From assembly GCF_057098645.1 (NCBI RefSeq), contig NZ_CM169472.1: 64,000 nucleotides of DNA; one strand, given 5' to 3'. Each line of letters begins with the position of its first letter. Position 1 is the stretch's first letter. The notes under the pieces were generated by a model that was not told the origin of the DNA, made no database searches, and saw nothing but the letters and a program-made list of their open reading frames with translations. Position numbers and translations under genes: made by a program. This document shows, piece by piece, positions 10,496 to 19,947 of the stretch.

Positions 10496-11352
10496 GCCTG
10501 CCCCGCACTGCCAAAAATACGCATCTGTTGTGCAACCGTATCGCTGATGGCGGCTTCCACTGCCAGCAGTAACTCGGCAAACTCGTCATACATCGGCTGA
10601 CGGTGCGCCATTCGGGCCTCAACGGCAGCCAGCGCCGCTTGCGACATGCCAGTGTAGAAATTGATTTTGTGGATACCCAGTTCGATGGCGCGGCGGAAAT
10701 CGGCATCGCTAATCCCTGAGCCGCCGTGTAATACCAGCGGGATAGCAGCCTGCTGGCGGATAGCGTCGAGGCGCGGGAAATCGAGTTTCGGTTCGCCGCG
10801 ATATTTGCCGTGTGCATTGCCAATCGCCACGGCCAACGCGTCAATGCCGGTACGGTCGACAAAATCACGCGCCAGTTGCGGATCGGTAAACAGGGATTCA
10901 TCGGCATGACCATAGAGCGCACCGCCTTCGTCGCTACCCACCGCGCCCAGTTCAGCTTCTACCGATACGCCAACGGCATGGCACATTTTCACCACTTCCC
11001 GCGTCTGGCGGACATTTTCTTCATACCCCAGCGTGGAGCCATCAAACATTACCGAGCTGAATCCCAGCCGCAACGCTTGCACCACCGATTCAAAATGCAG
11101 TCCGTGATCGAGATTTAACACCACCGGAATGGCATGACGCGCCGCTTCAAATTTCACTGTCTCGACCAGGGAATCCAGCGAGATATATTTAAAATGTACT
11201 TCGGCAATGTTGATAATAAAGGGCGAACGTTCTTGTCTGGCAGCAGCAAACAAGGCGCGTAAAAAGTGCGAGTCCAGCACATTAAACGCACCTAACGAAT
11301 AGTGATGTTCGCGGGCATGTGCCAGCCCTTCAGCGAGACAAATCAATGGCAT
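10492..11352 (-). CDS. Class II (metal-dependent) ketose-bisphosphate aldolase, FbaA/GatY/KbaY family
   Basis: 286 aa; LNLDHG and HGGSG motifs typical of class II TIM-barrel aldolases; 4-nt overlap with kinase start. Confidence 0.85.
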   Translation of the reverse strand: MPLICLAEGLAHAREHHYSLGAFNVLDSHFLRALFAAARQERSPFIINIAEVHFKYISLDSLVETVKFEAARHAIPVVLNLDHGLHFESVVQALRLGFSSVMFDGSTLGYEENVRQTREVVKMCHAVGVSVEAELGAVGSDEGGALYGHADESLFTDPQLARDFVDRTGIDALAVAIGNAHGKYRGEPKLDFPRLDAIRQQAAIPLVLHGGSGISDADFRRAIELGIHKINFYTGMSQAALAAVEARMAHRQPMYDEFAELLLAVEAAISDTVAQQMRIFGSAGQA

Positions 11353-11366
11353 AACGTTATCCTTAT

Positions 11367-12050
11367 TCAGCGGAACTGGCGGTATTCGTTACACAATACC
11401 AACTGTGCAGGTTCGTCTTCGTCAATCAGGTTGTAGCGGTCCAGTGGCTGTAAAAAGTGGTTATCGTGGTCGTCGTCATTGACAGAAGAGACTTCGCCAA
11501 CCAGAACATCGCCAAAGCCGGTTTCCGCCCAAAAGCTGTGATACAGGCCGGGCGGCAGGCAGATACTTTCGCCGGGAGACAGGCGCAACTGAGTGCCTGC
11601 AGTATGTTTCTGGCGGCAGCCGTCTATCACCACCGTAATGTCACTATCAGCCGTTTGCTCGTTACTATCGGCATTCCACAGTTCAACAATTAAATTACCG
11701 CCGCCGCGATTGATAATGTCCTCACGCTTACGCCAGTGAAAATGCATTGGCGTGACCTGCGCATCGCGCACATGCATGATCTTCTCGGCGTAACATTTCA
11801 CATACGGCATTCCTTTTGCTGAGCCGTTACGTAGGGTAAACAGCGTCAGCCCGTGTGCTGCAAAGTTGTTGCGACCAAAAGCGGTAACATCCCAGCCGAG
11901 TTTAAGATCAAAAACCTCCTCCCACGCGGCGGTGTCGAGCTGCTGCCATTGAGCAGGCGAGAAACTGGCAAAGGGCGGCAGATGTACGTCATGTTGCGAA
12001 AAGAATTGCCGTGTATGGCCGAGAATGTCGTTTATAGCGGAGCGTTTCAT
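11367..12050 (-). CDS. Cupin-type sugar isomerase (D-lyxose/D-mannose isomerase family)
   Basis: 227 aa; resembles by recollection the D-lyxose isomerase characterised from E. coli O157:H7; cupin His/Glu metal-site residues present. Confidence 0.7.
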   Translation of the reverse strand: MKRSAINDILGHTRQFFSQHDVHLPPFASFSPAQWQQLDTAAWEEVFDLKLGWDVTAFGRNNFAAHGLTLFTLRNGSAKGMPYVKCYAEKIMHVRDAQVTPMHFHWRKREDIINRGGGNLIVELWNADSNEQTADSDITVVIDGCRQKHTAGTQLRLSPGESICLPPGLYHSFWAETGFGDVLVGEVSSVNDDDHDNHFLQPLDRYNLIDEDEPAQLVLCNEYRQFR

Positions 12051-12104
12051 CGAAAGCGTTCTCCTTAGCGGTGACCGGGCAGCTGCGCCGCCCGGCGCGT
12101 GGAC

Positions 12105-13046
12105 TTATTTCACCGTCCAGCCTTTGTAATTGCCGACGTTGTTTTTATCGATCATCGTCACCGGGATCAGCACCGGCTCTTTCGGCGCAGGTTTGCCCTG
12201 CAAAATGTCGTAGCCAATTTCCACCGCTTTCGCTGCCATCACCTGGGGATCTTGCGCCGGAGTAGCGACAAACAACGAGTTCTCACGCTTGAGCGCCTCT
12301 TCGGCGTCCGGGCTTCCGTCCACACCGACAATAAAGAACTCGTTACGTTGCGCCTGTTTTGCTGCCAGATCGGCACCGATTGCGGTGGGATCGTTAATCG
12401 CAAATACGCCGTCGATCTTCGGATTTGCCGCCAGCAGTCCCGTCATTACCTCCAGCCCGCCTTCACGACTGCCTTTCGCGTTCTGGTTGTCAGAGAGCAC
12501 TTTGATGTCAGGATGGCGTTTAAATTCAGTCTGGCATCCTTCGACGCGGTTTTGCACGGCGGATACCGGCGGGCCGTTGATGATCACCACATTGCCTTTG
12601 CCTTTCAGGCGATCGGTGATGTATTTACAGGCCATTTCGCCCGCCTGGGTGTTATCGGAGGTGATGGTGGCATCAGCACCTTCTGCCGCTACGTCAACCG
12701 CGACGACTACGATCCCGGCATCTTTCGCCCGTTTCACCGCCGGGCCGATCCCTTTTGAATCGGCAGCGTTGAGGATAATCATATCGACGTTAGCGGCGAT
12801 AAAGTTGTCTATCTGCGACACCTGCTGACCCAGATCGTAGCCGCTGGAAACCAGCGTCACTTTGACGTTATCGCCTGCCAGTTTGCGTGCTTCCAGCTCC
12901 GCGCCTTTGGTGATCTGCACGAAGAACGGGTTCGCCAGATCGCCCACCGTTACGCCTATCGATTTCAGTTCTTTCGCTTGGGCGAACGGTGCTGCGGCCA
13001 GCAGCGCGCCTGCACAGAGCGCGGTCACTAAGGGCTTCAATCTCAT
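12105..13046 (-). CDS. Periplasmic sugar-binding protein (RbsB-like) of ABC transporter
   Basis: 313 aa; signal peptide ...APFAQA-KE; periplasmic binding protein type I pattern. Confidence 0.85.
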   Translation of the reverse strand: MRLKPLVTALCAGALLAAAPFAQAKELKSIGVTVGDLANPFFVQITKGAELEARKLAGDNVKVTLVSSGYDLGQQVSQIDNFIAANVDMIILNAADSKGIGPAVKRAKDAGIVVVAVDVAAEGADATITSDNTQAGEMACKYITDRLKGKGNVVIINGPPVSAVQNRVEGCQTEFKRHPDIKVLSDNQNAKGSREGGLEVMTGLLAANPKIDGVFAINDPTAIGADLAAKQAQRNEFFIVGVDGSPDAEEALKRENSLFVATPAQDPQVMAAKAVEIGYDILQGKPAPKEPVLIPVTMIDKNNVGNYKGWTVK

Positions 13047-13064
13047 GCTGTATTCCTCATGTGT

Positions 13065-14039
13065 TTATGCACTTTGATGGTGTCGGGTACGGTATTTGTC
13101 GATCAGCACCGCAATGATGATCACCGCCCCTTTGATCACCAGTTGCCAGAAGTAAGAGACGCCCATTAAGGTCATGCCATTGTTGAGCGTGGCGATAATT
13201 AGCGCGCCGACCAGCGTGCCGGTGATGGTGCCGATGCCGCCGACAAAACTGGTGCCGCCGAGGATCACCGCTGCAATGGCATCCAGTTCGTAACCCATGC
13301 CTAAGTTGCCGTTGGCGCTGTACAGCCGTGAGGCGCTCATAATCCCGCCAAGCCCAGAAAGCAGGCCGCTCATGCCATAAACAAACAGCAGCACCAGCCA
13401 GACCTTAATGCCGGTAAGACGCGCCGCCTGCATATTGCCGCCGACGGCGTAGATATGAACGCCAAGCGTGGTGCGGCGTAGAATAAACCAGCACACCACG
13501 ATCACCGCCAGCGCAATCACCACCAGCCATGGGACCGGCCCGAGATAGTTGTTGCCTATCCACTCGAAATTAATGTTGGAGTTGATAACCGTGGTGCCGT
13601 CCGCCAGCAGATACGCCGCCCCGCGCAGCGCCGTATAGGTGCCAAGCGTAACGATAAACGGTGGCAATCCGGCAAAGGCCACCAGCGCGCCGTTGAACAG
13701 CCCCAGCAGCAGGCCGAGCATCAGCGCTGCCGGGATCGACAGCATGGCGAACTCAGGGCTAAGGGAGACGACCATCGCCGCCACCGCTGTGGTGCCGAGG
13801 ATCGAACCCACGGAAAGATCGATCCCGCCGGTCAAAATGATGAAGGTCATCCCCGCGGCCAGAACAATGTTGATCGATGCCTGGCGGGTAATATTCAGCA
13901 GGTTGCTTTCGGTAAAAAAGTTTGGCGCGATAAAGCCAAATACCGCCACGATCAGAATCAAAATGGGCAAGATGCCGACCGTTTGCATCAGATCGCTCAT
14001 CAGCATTTTTTTGGCAGAGGTTTTTGCAGAGGTCGTCAT
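13065..14039 (-). CDS. Sugar ABC transporter permease (RbsC-like)
   Basis: 324 aa hydrophobic polytopic protein; 4-nt overlap with the ATPase gene. Confidence 0.85.
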   Translation of the reverse strand: MTTSAKTSAKKMLMSDLMQTVGILPILILIVAVFGFIAPNFFTESNLLNITRQASINIVLAAGMTFIILTGGIDLSVGSILGTTAVAAMVVSLSPEFAMLSIPAALMLGLLLGLFNGALVAFAGLPPFIVTLGTYTALRGAAYLLADGTTVINSNINFEWIGNNYLGPVPWLVVIALAVIVVCWFILRRTTLGVHIYAVGGNMQAARLTGIKVWLVLLFVYGMSGLLSGLGGIMSASRLYSANGNLGMGYELDAIAAVILGGTSFVGGIGTITGTLVGALIIATLNNGMTLMGVSYFWQLVIKGAVIIIAVLIDKYRTRHHQSA

Positions 14040-15556
14040 GAGGTTACCGCCTGGGAATGGGCGTCGTTGACGCCAGTCGCTAAGGTCATAATGTTTTCCT
14101 GGGTGATGTTTTTGCCGTTTAACTCACCGGCAATGCTGCCTTCGCGCATCACATAGACGCGATCGCTCATTCCCACTATCTCCGGCAGTTCGCTGGAGAT
14201 CATCAGGATCGCCACGCCCTTGCGCGCCATCTCGTTCATGATCCGGTAGATCTCACTTTTGGCGCCAACGTCCACGCCGCGGGTGGGTTCATCGAGCAGT
14301 AAAATGCGCGGGCCAATCGCCACCCAGCGGGAGATCAACAGTTTTTGCTGATTGCCGCCGGAAAGCCCGCCCGCGCGTACCTGGGCATGAGGCACGCGAA
14401 TGTTGAGCAACTTGATGGCGTCATCGGAAATGGTTTGCGCTTTTTTGCGATTGAGCATTCCCCAGCTGGCATCGCGCTCCAGGGTTGCCATGGTGATGTT
14501 TTCGGCTGCTGCCATTTCAAGGAATAAGCCTTGTTCTTTGCGGTTTTCGGTGAGAAAACCAATGCCAAGATCGATGGCTTCGCGCGGGGAGTGGATCACC
14601 ACCGGTTCACCATCGACTTCAATCATTCCGCCTGTCGCTTTCCGCACGCCGAAGATCAACTGCGCCAGTTCGGAACGTCCGGCTCCTACCAGCCCGGCGA
14701 GGCCGACAATTTCGCCGGAACGCACCAGCAGGCTACTCGGCTGGACTTTGCCACCGTCGGTCAGGTGGTGAACATTCAGGCGGGCTTTGCCGAGCGGGAT
14801 ATCGCGCTCTTTATTGAACAGATCGCTCAGTGGCCTGCCGACCATCATCCGCACCAGCTCCCCGGCATTGAGGTTATCGCGGGTCAGGCTGCCAACGTAT
14901 TGCCCGTCGCGCAGCACGCTGACGCGATCGGAAAGCTCATACACTTCCGCCATACGGTGGCTGATGTAGATAATCGCCATCCCTTCATCGCGCAGCCGCA
15001 TAATCAGTTCAAACAGACGGTGAGTTTCACGGGAGGAGAGGGCAGCGGTGGGTTCGTCCATCACCAGAATGCGGCTGTTGCGATGCAGCGCGCGGGCGAT
15101 TTCGACCTGCTGTTGCTCGGCAATGGTCAGCATCATGACTTTATCGCTGGCGTTAAACTGCGCGCCGAGGCGGTCGATCACTCTTTGCGCCTGCACCAGC
15201 ATCTCTTTACGCTGCACCAGCCCGCCGTGGGAAAGCTCGCTACCGAGAAAAATATTTTCTGCCACCGTCAAATTGGGTGCCAGCTGCATCTCCTGATAAA
15301 TCAGCGTAATACCGGCACTTAAGGCATCTTTTGGCGTGCGAATGTGAAAGGGCTTGCCGTCTATGAGGATCTCGCCGCTGGTGGCGGTATACGCCCCCGC
15401 CAGCACCTTCATCAGCGTGCTTTTTCCCGCGCCGTTTTCCCCCATCAGGGCATGGATCTCGCCAGGGTAGACCGTCAAATCCACCCCTTTGAGCGCATAA
15501 AATTTGCCGAAGGCTTTGGCAATATTGCGCATCTCCAGAACTGGCCTGCTGTTCAT
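14036..15556 (-). CDS. Sugar ABC transporter ATP-binding protein with duplicated ABC domains (RbsA-like)
   Basis: Two Walker A motifs ([17 protein letters not shown]), two LSGG signatures; start at [11 protein letters not shown] with AGGAG upstream rather than the ORF-track upstream ATG. Confidence 0.85.
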   Translation of the reverse strand: MNSRPVLEMRNIAKAFGKFYALKGVDLTVYPGEIHALMGENGAGKSTLMKVLAGAYTATSGEILIDGKPFHIRTPKDALSAGITLIYQEMQLAPNLTVAENIFLGSELSHGGLVQRKEMLVQAQRVIDRLGAQFNASDKVMMLTIAEQQQVEIARALHRNSRILVMDEPTAALSSRETHRLFELIMRLRDEGMAIIYISHRMAEVYELSDRVSVLRDGQYVGSLTRDNLNAGELVRMMVGRPLSDLFNKERDIPLGKARLNVHHLTDGGKVQPSSLLVRSGEIVGLAGLVGAGRSELAQLIFGVRKATGGMIEVDGEPVVIHSPREAIDLGIGFLTENRKEQGLFLEMAAAENITMATLERDASWGMLNRKKAQTISDDAIKLLNIRVPHAQVRAGGLSGGNQQKLLISRWVAIGPRILLLDEPTRGVDVGAKSEIYRIMNEMARKGVAILMISSELPEIVGMSDRVYVMREGSIAGELNGKNITQENIMTLATGVNDAHSQAVTS

Positions 15557-15669
15557 GGTGGACTCCTGCGAGGTTGTCGATATCAGCACTCCATCACAGG
15601 AAAGTAAATGCAAAATGTCAGAAGCCGTTCATATTTGTCATATTGCGATTTTTCTTCACGGAGCGTGAT

Positions 15670-17934
15670 ATGGCGCACCCCGGACGTCACTTTTTTGCCA
15701 GCGCGCGCGGGCGATTGCTGCTTTTGAATTTGCTGGTGGTGGCGGTGACGTTGATGGTCAGCGGCGTGGCGGTAATGGGCTTTCGTCATGCCAGCCAGAT
15801 GCAGGAGCTGGTGCAGCAGCAAACGGTGGATGATATGACCGGCAGCCTGAATCTGGCGCGCGACACGGCAAACGTGGCAACGGCGGCGGTGCGATTGTCG
15901 CAGGTGGTGGGAGCGCTGGAATATAAAGGCGAAGCCGAGCGGTTGCAGGAGACACAGCGGGCATTAAAAAGCTCGCTTGCACAACTGGCGAACGCGCCTT
16001 TAGCGCAGCAGGAAGCCGGGCTGGTGACGCGCATCATCACGCGTAGCAACGAACTGCAAACCAGCGTCGGCGGTATGCTGGAGCGCGGGCAAAGGCGGCA
16101 TCTGGAGCGCAACGCGCTGTTAAGTTCGCTGTATCAAAACTTAAGTTATCTGCGGCATCTGCAAAAAGTCACTCACGCGCAAGATGATATTTTGCTTAAC
16201 GAGATGAACCGACTAATTGTTGCCGCTATTGCCACCCCCGCGCCGCAGGCGATTATTCATCAACTGGTCGGGGTAATGTCTGCGTTGCCGACCCACAGCG
16301 ATACGCCATTGGTTAATACGTTACTCAATGATTTCAATGATGAAATGCGTAAACTCGCGCCGCTTTCTGCCGCTCTGGAGCAAAGCGATCTGGCAATCAG
16401 CTGGTATATGTTTCACATCAAAGCGCTGGTGGCGATCCTCAATGGCGACATCAACCGTTACGCCGAACAGGTGGCGACGCTCTCCGGTCAGCGTGTGGCG
16501 CAAAGTTACCAGGATTTGCGCTCCGGCGAGAGGGTGATCATGATTTTCGCCCTGTTAGCGGTGGTGATCACCGCGTTTGCCGGCTGGTATATCTATCGCA
16601 ACCTCGGCACTAACCTGACGGCGATTTCCCGCGCCATGAGCCGCCTGGCGCACGGCGAAGCGGACGTCACTTTTCCGGCGTTACAGCGGCGTGATGAGTT
16701 GGGTGAACTGGCGCGCGCCTTTAACGTTTTTGCCCGCAATACCGAGTCACTCGAACGAACCTCACGGCTGCTAAAAGAGAAGACCACGCAGATGGAGATT
16801 GCCCAAACTGAGCGGCAGGGGTTGGAAGAGGCGCTATTACACAGCCAGAAACTGAAAGCGGTCGGGCAACTGACGGGCGGGCTGGCCCATGATTTTAATA
16901 ATCTGCTGGCGGTGATTATTGGCAGCCTGGAGCTGGTGAATCCGGACTCGCCAGACGCGCCGCGAATACAGCGGGCGCTGCAAGCTGCCGAACGTGGGGC
17001 GCTACTGACACAACGACTGCTGGCGTTTTCCCGCAAGCAGTCCTTACATCCGCAAGCCGTTGAACTGAAAACATTGCTGGAAGAGTTAAGCGAATTAATG
17101 CGCCACTCCTTACCGGCAACGCTGGCGCTGGAGATTGAAGCGCAGTCTCCGGCGTGGCCCGCGTGGATTGACATCAGCCAACTGGAAAATGCCATCATCA
17201 ACCTGGTGATGAACGCCCGTGACGCGATGGAAGGGCAGACGGGAATCATCAAAATTCGTACCTGGAATCAGCGCGTTACTCGCAGCAGTGGGCAGCGTCA
17301 GGACATGGTGGCACTGGAGGTCATCGATCATGGCAGCGGTATGTCGCAGGCGGTGAAAAGCCAGGTATTTGAGCCATTCTTTACCACCAAACAGACGGGC
17401 AGCGGCAGCGGGCTGGGGTTGTCGATGGTCTATGGTTTTGTGCGCCAGTCCGGTGGGCGCGTTGAAATTGAAAGCGCGCCGGGGCAGGGGACAACGGTCA
17501 GATTACAGCTTCCCCGCGCGCTGACGGCGGCGAAAAACCTATCGCCAGCGGCAGTAGAACAGGCTTCTGTCAGCGGCGATAAACTGGTGTTAGTGCTGGA
17601 AGATGAAGCCGCGGTGCGCCAGACCATCTGCGAACAGTTGCACCTGCTGGGCTATTTGACGCTGGAAGCAAGCAGCGGCGAACAGGCGCTGGATCTGCTG
17701 GCGGCATCAGCAGAAATCGATATTTTTATCAGCGATTTAATGCTCCCCGGCGGCATGAGCGGCGCAGAAGTGGTCAATGCGGCCCGCAAACTTTACCCGC
17801 ACCTGACGCTGCTACTCATCAGCGGTCAGGATTTACGCCCCAGCCATAACCCCGCGCTGCCAGACGTGGCGCTGTTGCGCAAACCCTTTACCCGTGCGCA
17901 GTTGGCGCAGGCGCTGGGGCAAATTGAGGGATGA
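15670..17934 (+). CDS. Hybrid sensor histidine kinase (2 TM, helical periplasmic domain, HAMP, HisKA, HATPase, C-terminal receiver; no HPt)
   Basis: H-box GGLAHDFNNLLAVIIG, G-box GSGSGLGLSMV, receiver ISDLMLPGGMSG...LRKPF; start at MAHPGRHFF with GGAG upstream. Confidence 0.85.
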   Translation: MAHPGRHFFASARGRLLLLNLLVVAVTLMVSGVAVMGFRHASQMQELVQQQTVDDMTGSLNLARDTANVATAAVRLSQVVGALEYKGEAERLQETQRALKSSLAQLANAPLAQQEAGLVTRIITRSNELQTSVGGMLERGQRRHLERNALLSSLYQNLSYLRHLQKVTHAQDDILLNEMNRLIVAAIATPAPQAIIHQLVGVMSALPTHSDTPLVNTLLNDFNDEMRKLAPLSAALEQSDLAISWYMFHIKALVAILNGDINRYAEQVATLSGQRVAQSYQDLRSGERVIMIFALLAVVITAFAGWYIYRNLGTNLTAISRAMSRLAHGEADVTFPALQRRDELGELARAFNVFARNTESLERTSRLLKEKTTQMEIAQTERQGLEEALLHSQKLKAVGQLTGGLAHDFNNLLAVIIGSLELVNPDSPDAPRIQRALQAAERGALLTQRLLAFSRKQSLHPQAVELKTLLEELSELMRHSLPATLALEIEAQSPAWPAWIDISQLENAIINLVMNARDAMEGQTGIIKIRTWNQRVTRSSGQRQDMVALEVIDHGSGMSQAVKSQVFEPFFTTKQTGSGSGLGLSMVYGFVRQSGGRVEIESAPGQGTTVRLQLPRALTAAKNLSPAAVEQASVSGDKLVLVLEDEAAVRQTICEQLHLLGYLTLEASSGEQALDLLAASAEIDIFISDLMLPGGMSGAEVVNAARKLYPHLTLLLISGQDLRPSHNPALPDVALLRKPFTRAQLAQALGQIEG

Positions 17935-18346
17935 TTTTCAGAATTTATCAAGAGGCCTGAAGCAAATGTGCTGCTATTGTGAGCAATTCTGTTCTGAATG
18001 GGATATAAAAGGAATTATGCCAGTACTGACAAGAGGCGATTCACATATGATCGTGATGCCAACCACCTATAGCGATTTCAGTGTTTGTATTAGACACTGA
18101 ACAAGGGGCATTTTGGCCTTATGATGGCACGAAAGTGATCTACGATGGCGGTTGCATTCCGGAAGAGCGTATCTGGAGTATTTCACCGGATCAAAAATGT
18201 CATGGCATTGTGCTGGTGGCGGAAAATAAACAGCGAGCTAACCAGCTAATGGAAGAGTCTGCGCCTTACCGAATTTGAGATTACTCCGCTACTCCGGTCA
18301 TTCACACTCAACTAACGTTAAGCCAGTCCATCGCAGAGACTGGCTT

Positions 18347-18676
18347 ATGAAACCTTACTCCACGCTTTTTCTTTTCAGCCTGCTCACGCTGACCACCGTA
18401 CCGGCCCAGGCCGATATTATCGACGACACCATTGGCAATATTCAGCAGGCGATTAACGATGCTTATAACCCTGACCGTGGGCGAGATTATGAAGATTCGC
18501 GCGACGACGGCTGGCAGCGTGAAGTGAGCGACGATCGGCGCAGACAATATGACGACCGCCGTCGCCAGTTTGAAGATCGTCGCAGGCAACTGGACGATCG
18601 CCAGCACCAGCTTGATCAGGAGCGTCGGCAGCTAGAAGATGAAGAGCGGAGAATGGAAGATGAGTATGGGCAATGA
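18347..18676 (+). CDS. yjdP: Small secreted Arg/Asp/Glu-rich protein YjdP
   Basis: Signal peptide then DIIDDTIGNIQQAINDAYNP and RRRQ(Y/F/L)(D/E)DR repeats; start at internal MKPYSTLF; coordinates from ORF-track frame. Confidence 0.8.
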   Translation: MKPYSTLFLFSLLTLTTVPAQADIIDDTIGNIQQAINDAYNPDRGRDYEDSRDDGWQREVSDDRRRQYDDRRRQFEDRRRQLDDRQHQLDQERRQLEDEERRMEDEYGQ

Positions 18677-18689
18677 TGTTGGGTATGGA

Positions 18690-18745
18690 GCAGGCATCGC
18701 CCCTCTGGGGAGAGGGTTAGGGTGAGGGGGCCAGCACGCACATTC
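18690..18745. repeat. GC-rich G/C-tract palindromic element (possibly boxC-type intergenic repeat)
   Basis: CGCCCCTCTGGGGAGAGGGTTAGGGTGAGGGGGCC between convergent yjdP and phnP; family assignment from memory only. Confidence 0.35.
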
Positions 18746-18752
18746 CCTCTCA

Positions 18753-19511
18753 TCACGCCACCCCAATCTCCATCCCATCAAACCCCGCCTCAAACCCCGA
18801 CGGCAGTGTGTTTTCCATCAGCCATGCATCAAACTGATGGCTGATGTGCGTCAGAATCACGCGCGGCGAGCGGATAACCTGATTCAGCGCAAGCACGGTA
18901 TTTAAATCACAGTGATTACGCGGTGCATCCTCGCACGGCGGGTGGCTGCAATCAATCACCATTACCTGCGGCTGATTATTGCGTAAAAATTTCAGCGTTT
19001 TTTCCGGCAAGCCAGCGGTGTCAGACAGCCACGCCACCCGGCTGTGCGCCGTTTCCAGCAGATAACCGAAGGTCAGTTTTGAGTGGTTGAGCGGCAGGGG
19101 CGTGACCTGTAACCCCTGCAAATCAAACACCACAAACGGTTCCACCGTGTGGCTGAAATCAAGCAGGTCCGGATGTTTAAACAGATCGTCGCAGCCCTGT
19201 TCATCCGGCGGGCCGTAGACCGGGATCGGATCGCCCACGCCCCAGCGCAGCGGAAACAGCCCCTGGACGTGATCCATATGGTAGTGCGTCAGCAAAAACT
19301 GCTGGAACGATCCTGGCGACCAGCGAGCGGTGAGATCGTGCAGCCCGGCGTCGATCAGGGTGATCGCCTCGTTAAACTTCACTACGCCGCTGCACGGTTG
19401 GCGGCGATAGTGCGGTGAGCGCCGCGCTCTGGCGCAGGCCGCACACTCGCAGCCCCATGCCGGAACGCCCTGTGCGCCGCCGGTGCCGGTGAGCGTGAGG
19501 GTCAGGCTCAT
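18753..19511 (-). CDS. phnP: Phosphonate metabolism phosphodiesterase PhnP
   Basis: 252 aa; HYHMDH metallo-beta-lactamase motif; last gene of phn operon. Confidence 0.9.
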   Translation of the reverse strand: MSLTLTLTGTGGAQGVPAWGCECAACARARRSPHYRRQPCSGVVKFNEAITLIDAGLHDLTARWSPGSFQQFLLTHYHMDHVQGLFPLRWGVGDPIPVYGPPDEQGCDDLFKHPDLLDFSHTVEPFVVFDLQGLQVTPLPLNHSKLTFGYLLETAHSRVAWLSDTAGLPEKTLKFLRNNQPQVMVIDCSHPPCEDAPRNHCDLNTVLALNQVIRSPRVILTHISHQFDAWLMENTLPSGFEAGFDGMEIGVA

Positions 19512-19512
19512 G

Positions 19513-19947
19513 TTACAGCGCCTTCGTGAAGCGGAAGTGGCTCTGCTCGTAGCCTTCGCGCAGATAGAAACGGTGTGCGTCGTGGCGCTTCACGTTGGTC
19601 GAAAGCTCGGTCATTTCGGCCCCGGCCTGGCGGGCTTCTTCTTCTGCCCACGCCAGTAACTTACTGCCGACGTTCAGACCGCGCGCCTGCGGCATCACCA
19701 CCAGTTCCTGAATTTCGCCGATCCAGTTGACATGATGCAGATGAAACTGCAAATGCAGGCCGATCATGCCGACAACTTCGCCATCCAGCAGCGCCAAATG
19801 GTAGCGCATGTTCGGGTCGCGTAGGTTAGCGTTAAAGCCCACGCGAAACGCGTGATGGTCAAACTCCGCCTGTTTTAGCTCACAAATCAGCGCGTAAACC
19901 GCGTCGGTGTCGTACTGCGTGGCCGGGCGAAGCTCACAAGCAGGCAT
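19513..19947 (-). CDS. phnO: Aminoalkylphosphonate N-acetyltransferase PhnO (GNAT)
   Basis: 144 aa GNAT fold; synteny. Confidence 0.9.

Noticed and set aside
12099..12758. 219-aa plus-strand ORF
   Set aside because: Antisense to the island periplasmic binding protein gene.
14531..15322. 263-aa plus-strand ORF
   Set aside because: Antisense to the island ABC ATPase gene, which has unambiguous Walker motifs on the minus strand.
15557..15613. N-terminal extension of the ABC ATPase ORF ([19 protein letters not shown])
   Set aside because: No RBS at the upstream ATG; the internal ATG at 15556 has an AGGAG at ideal spacing and begins the conserved ABC domain.
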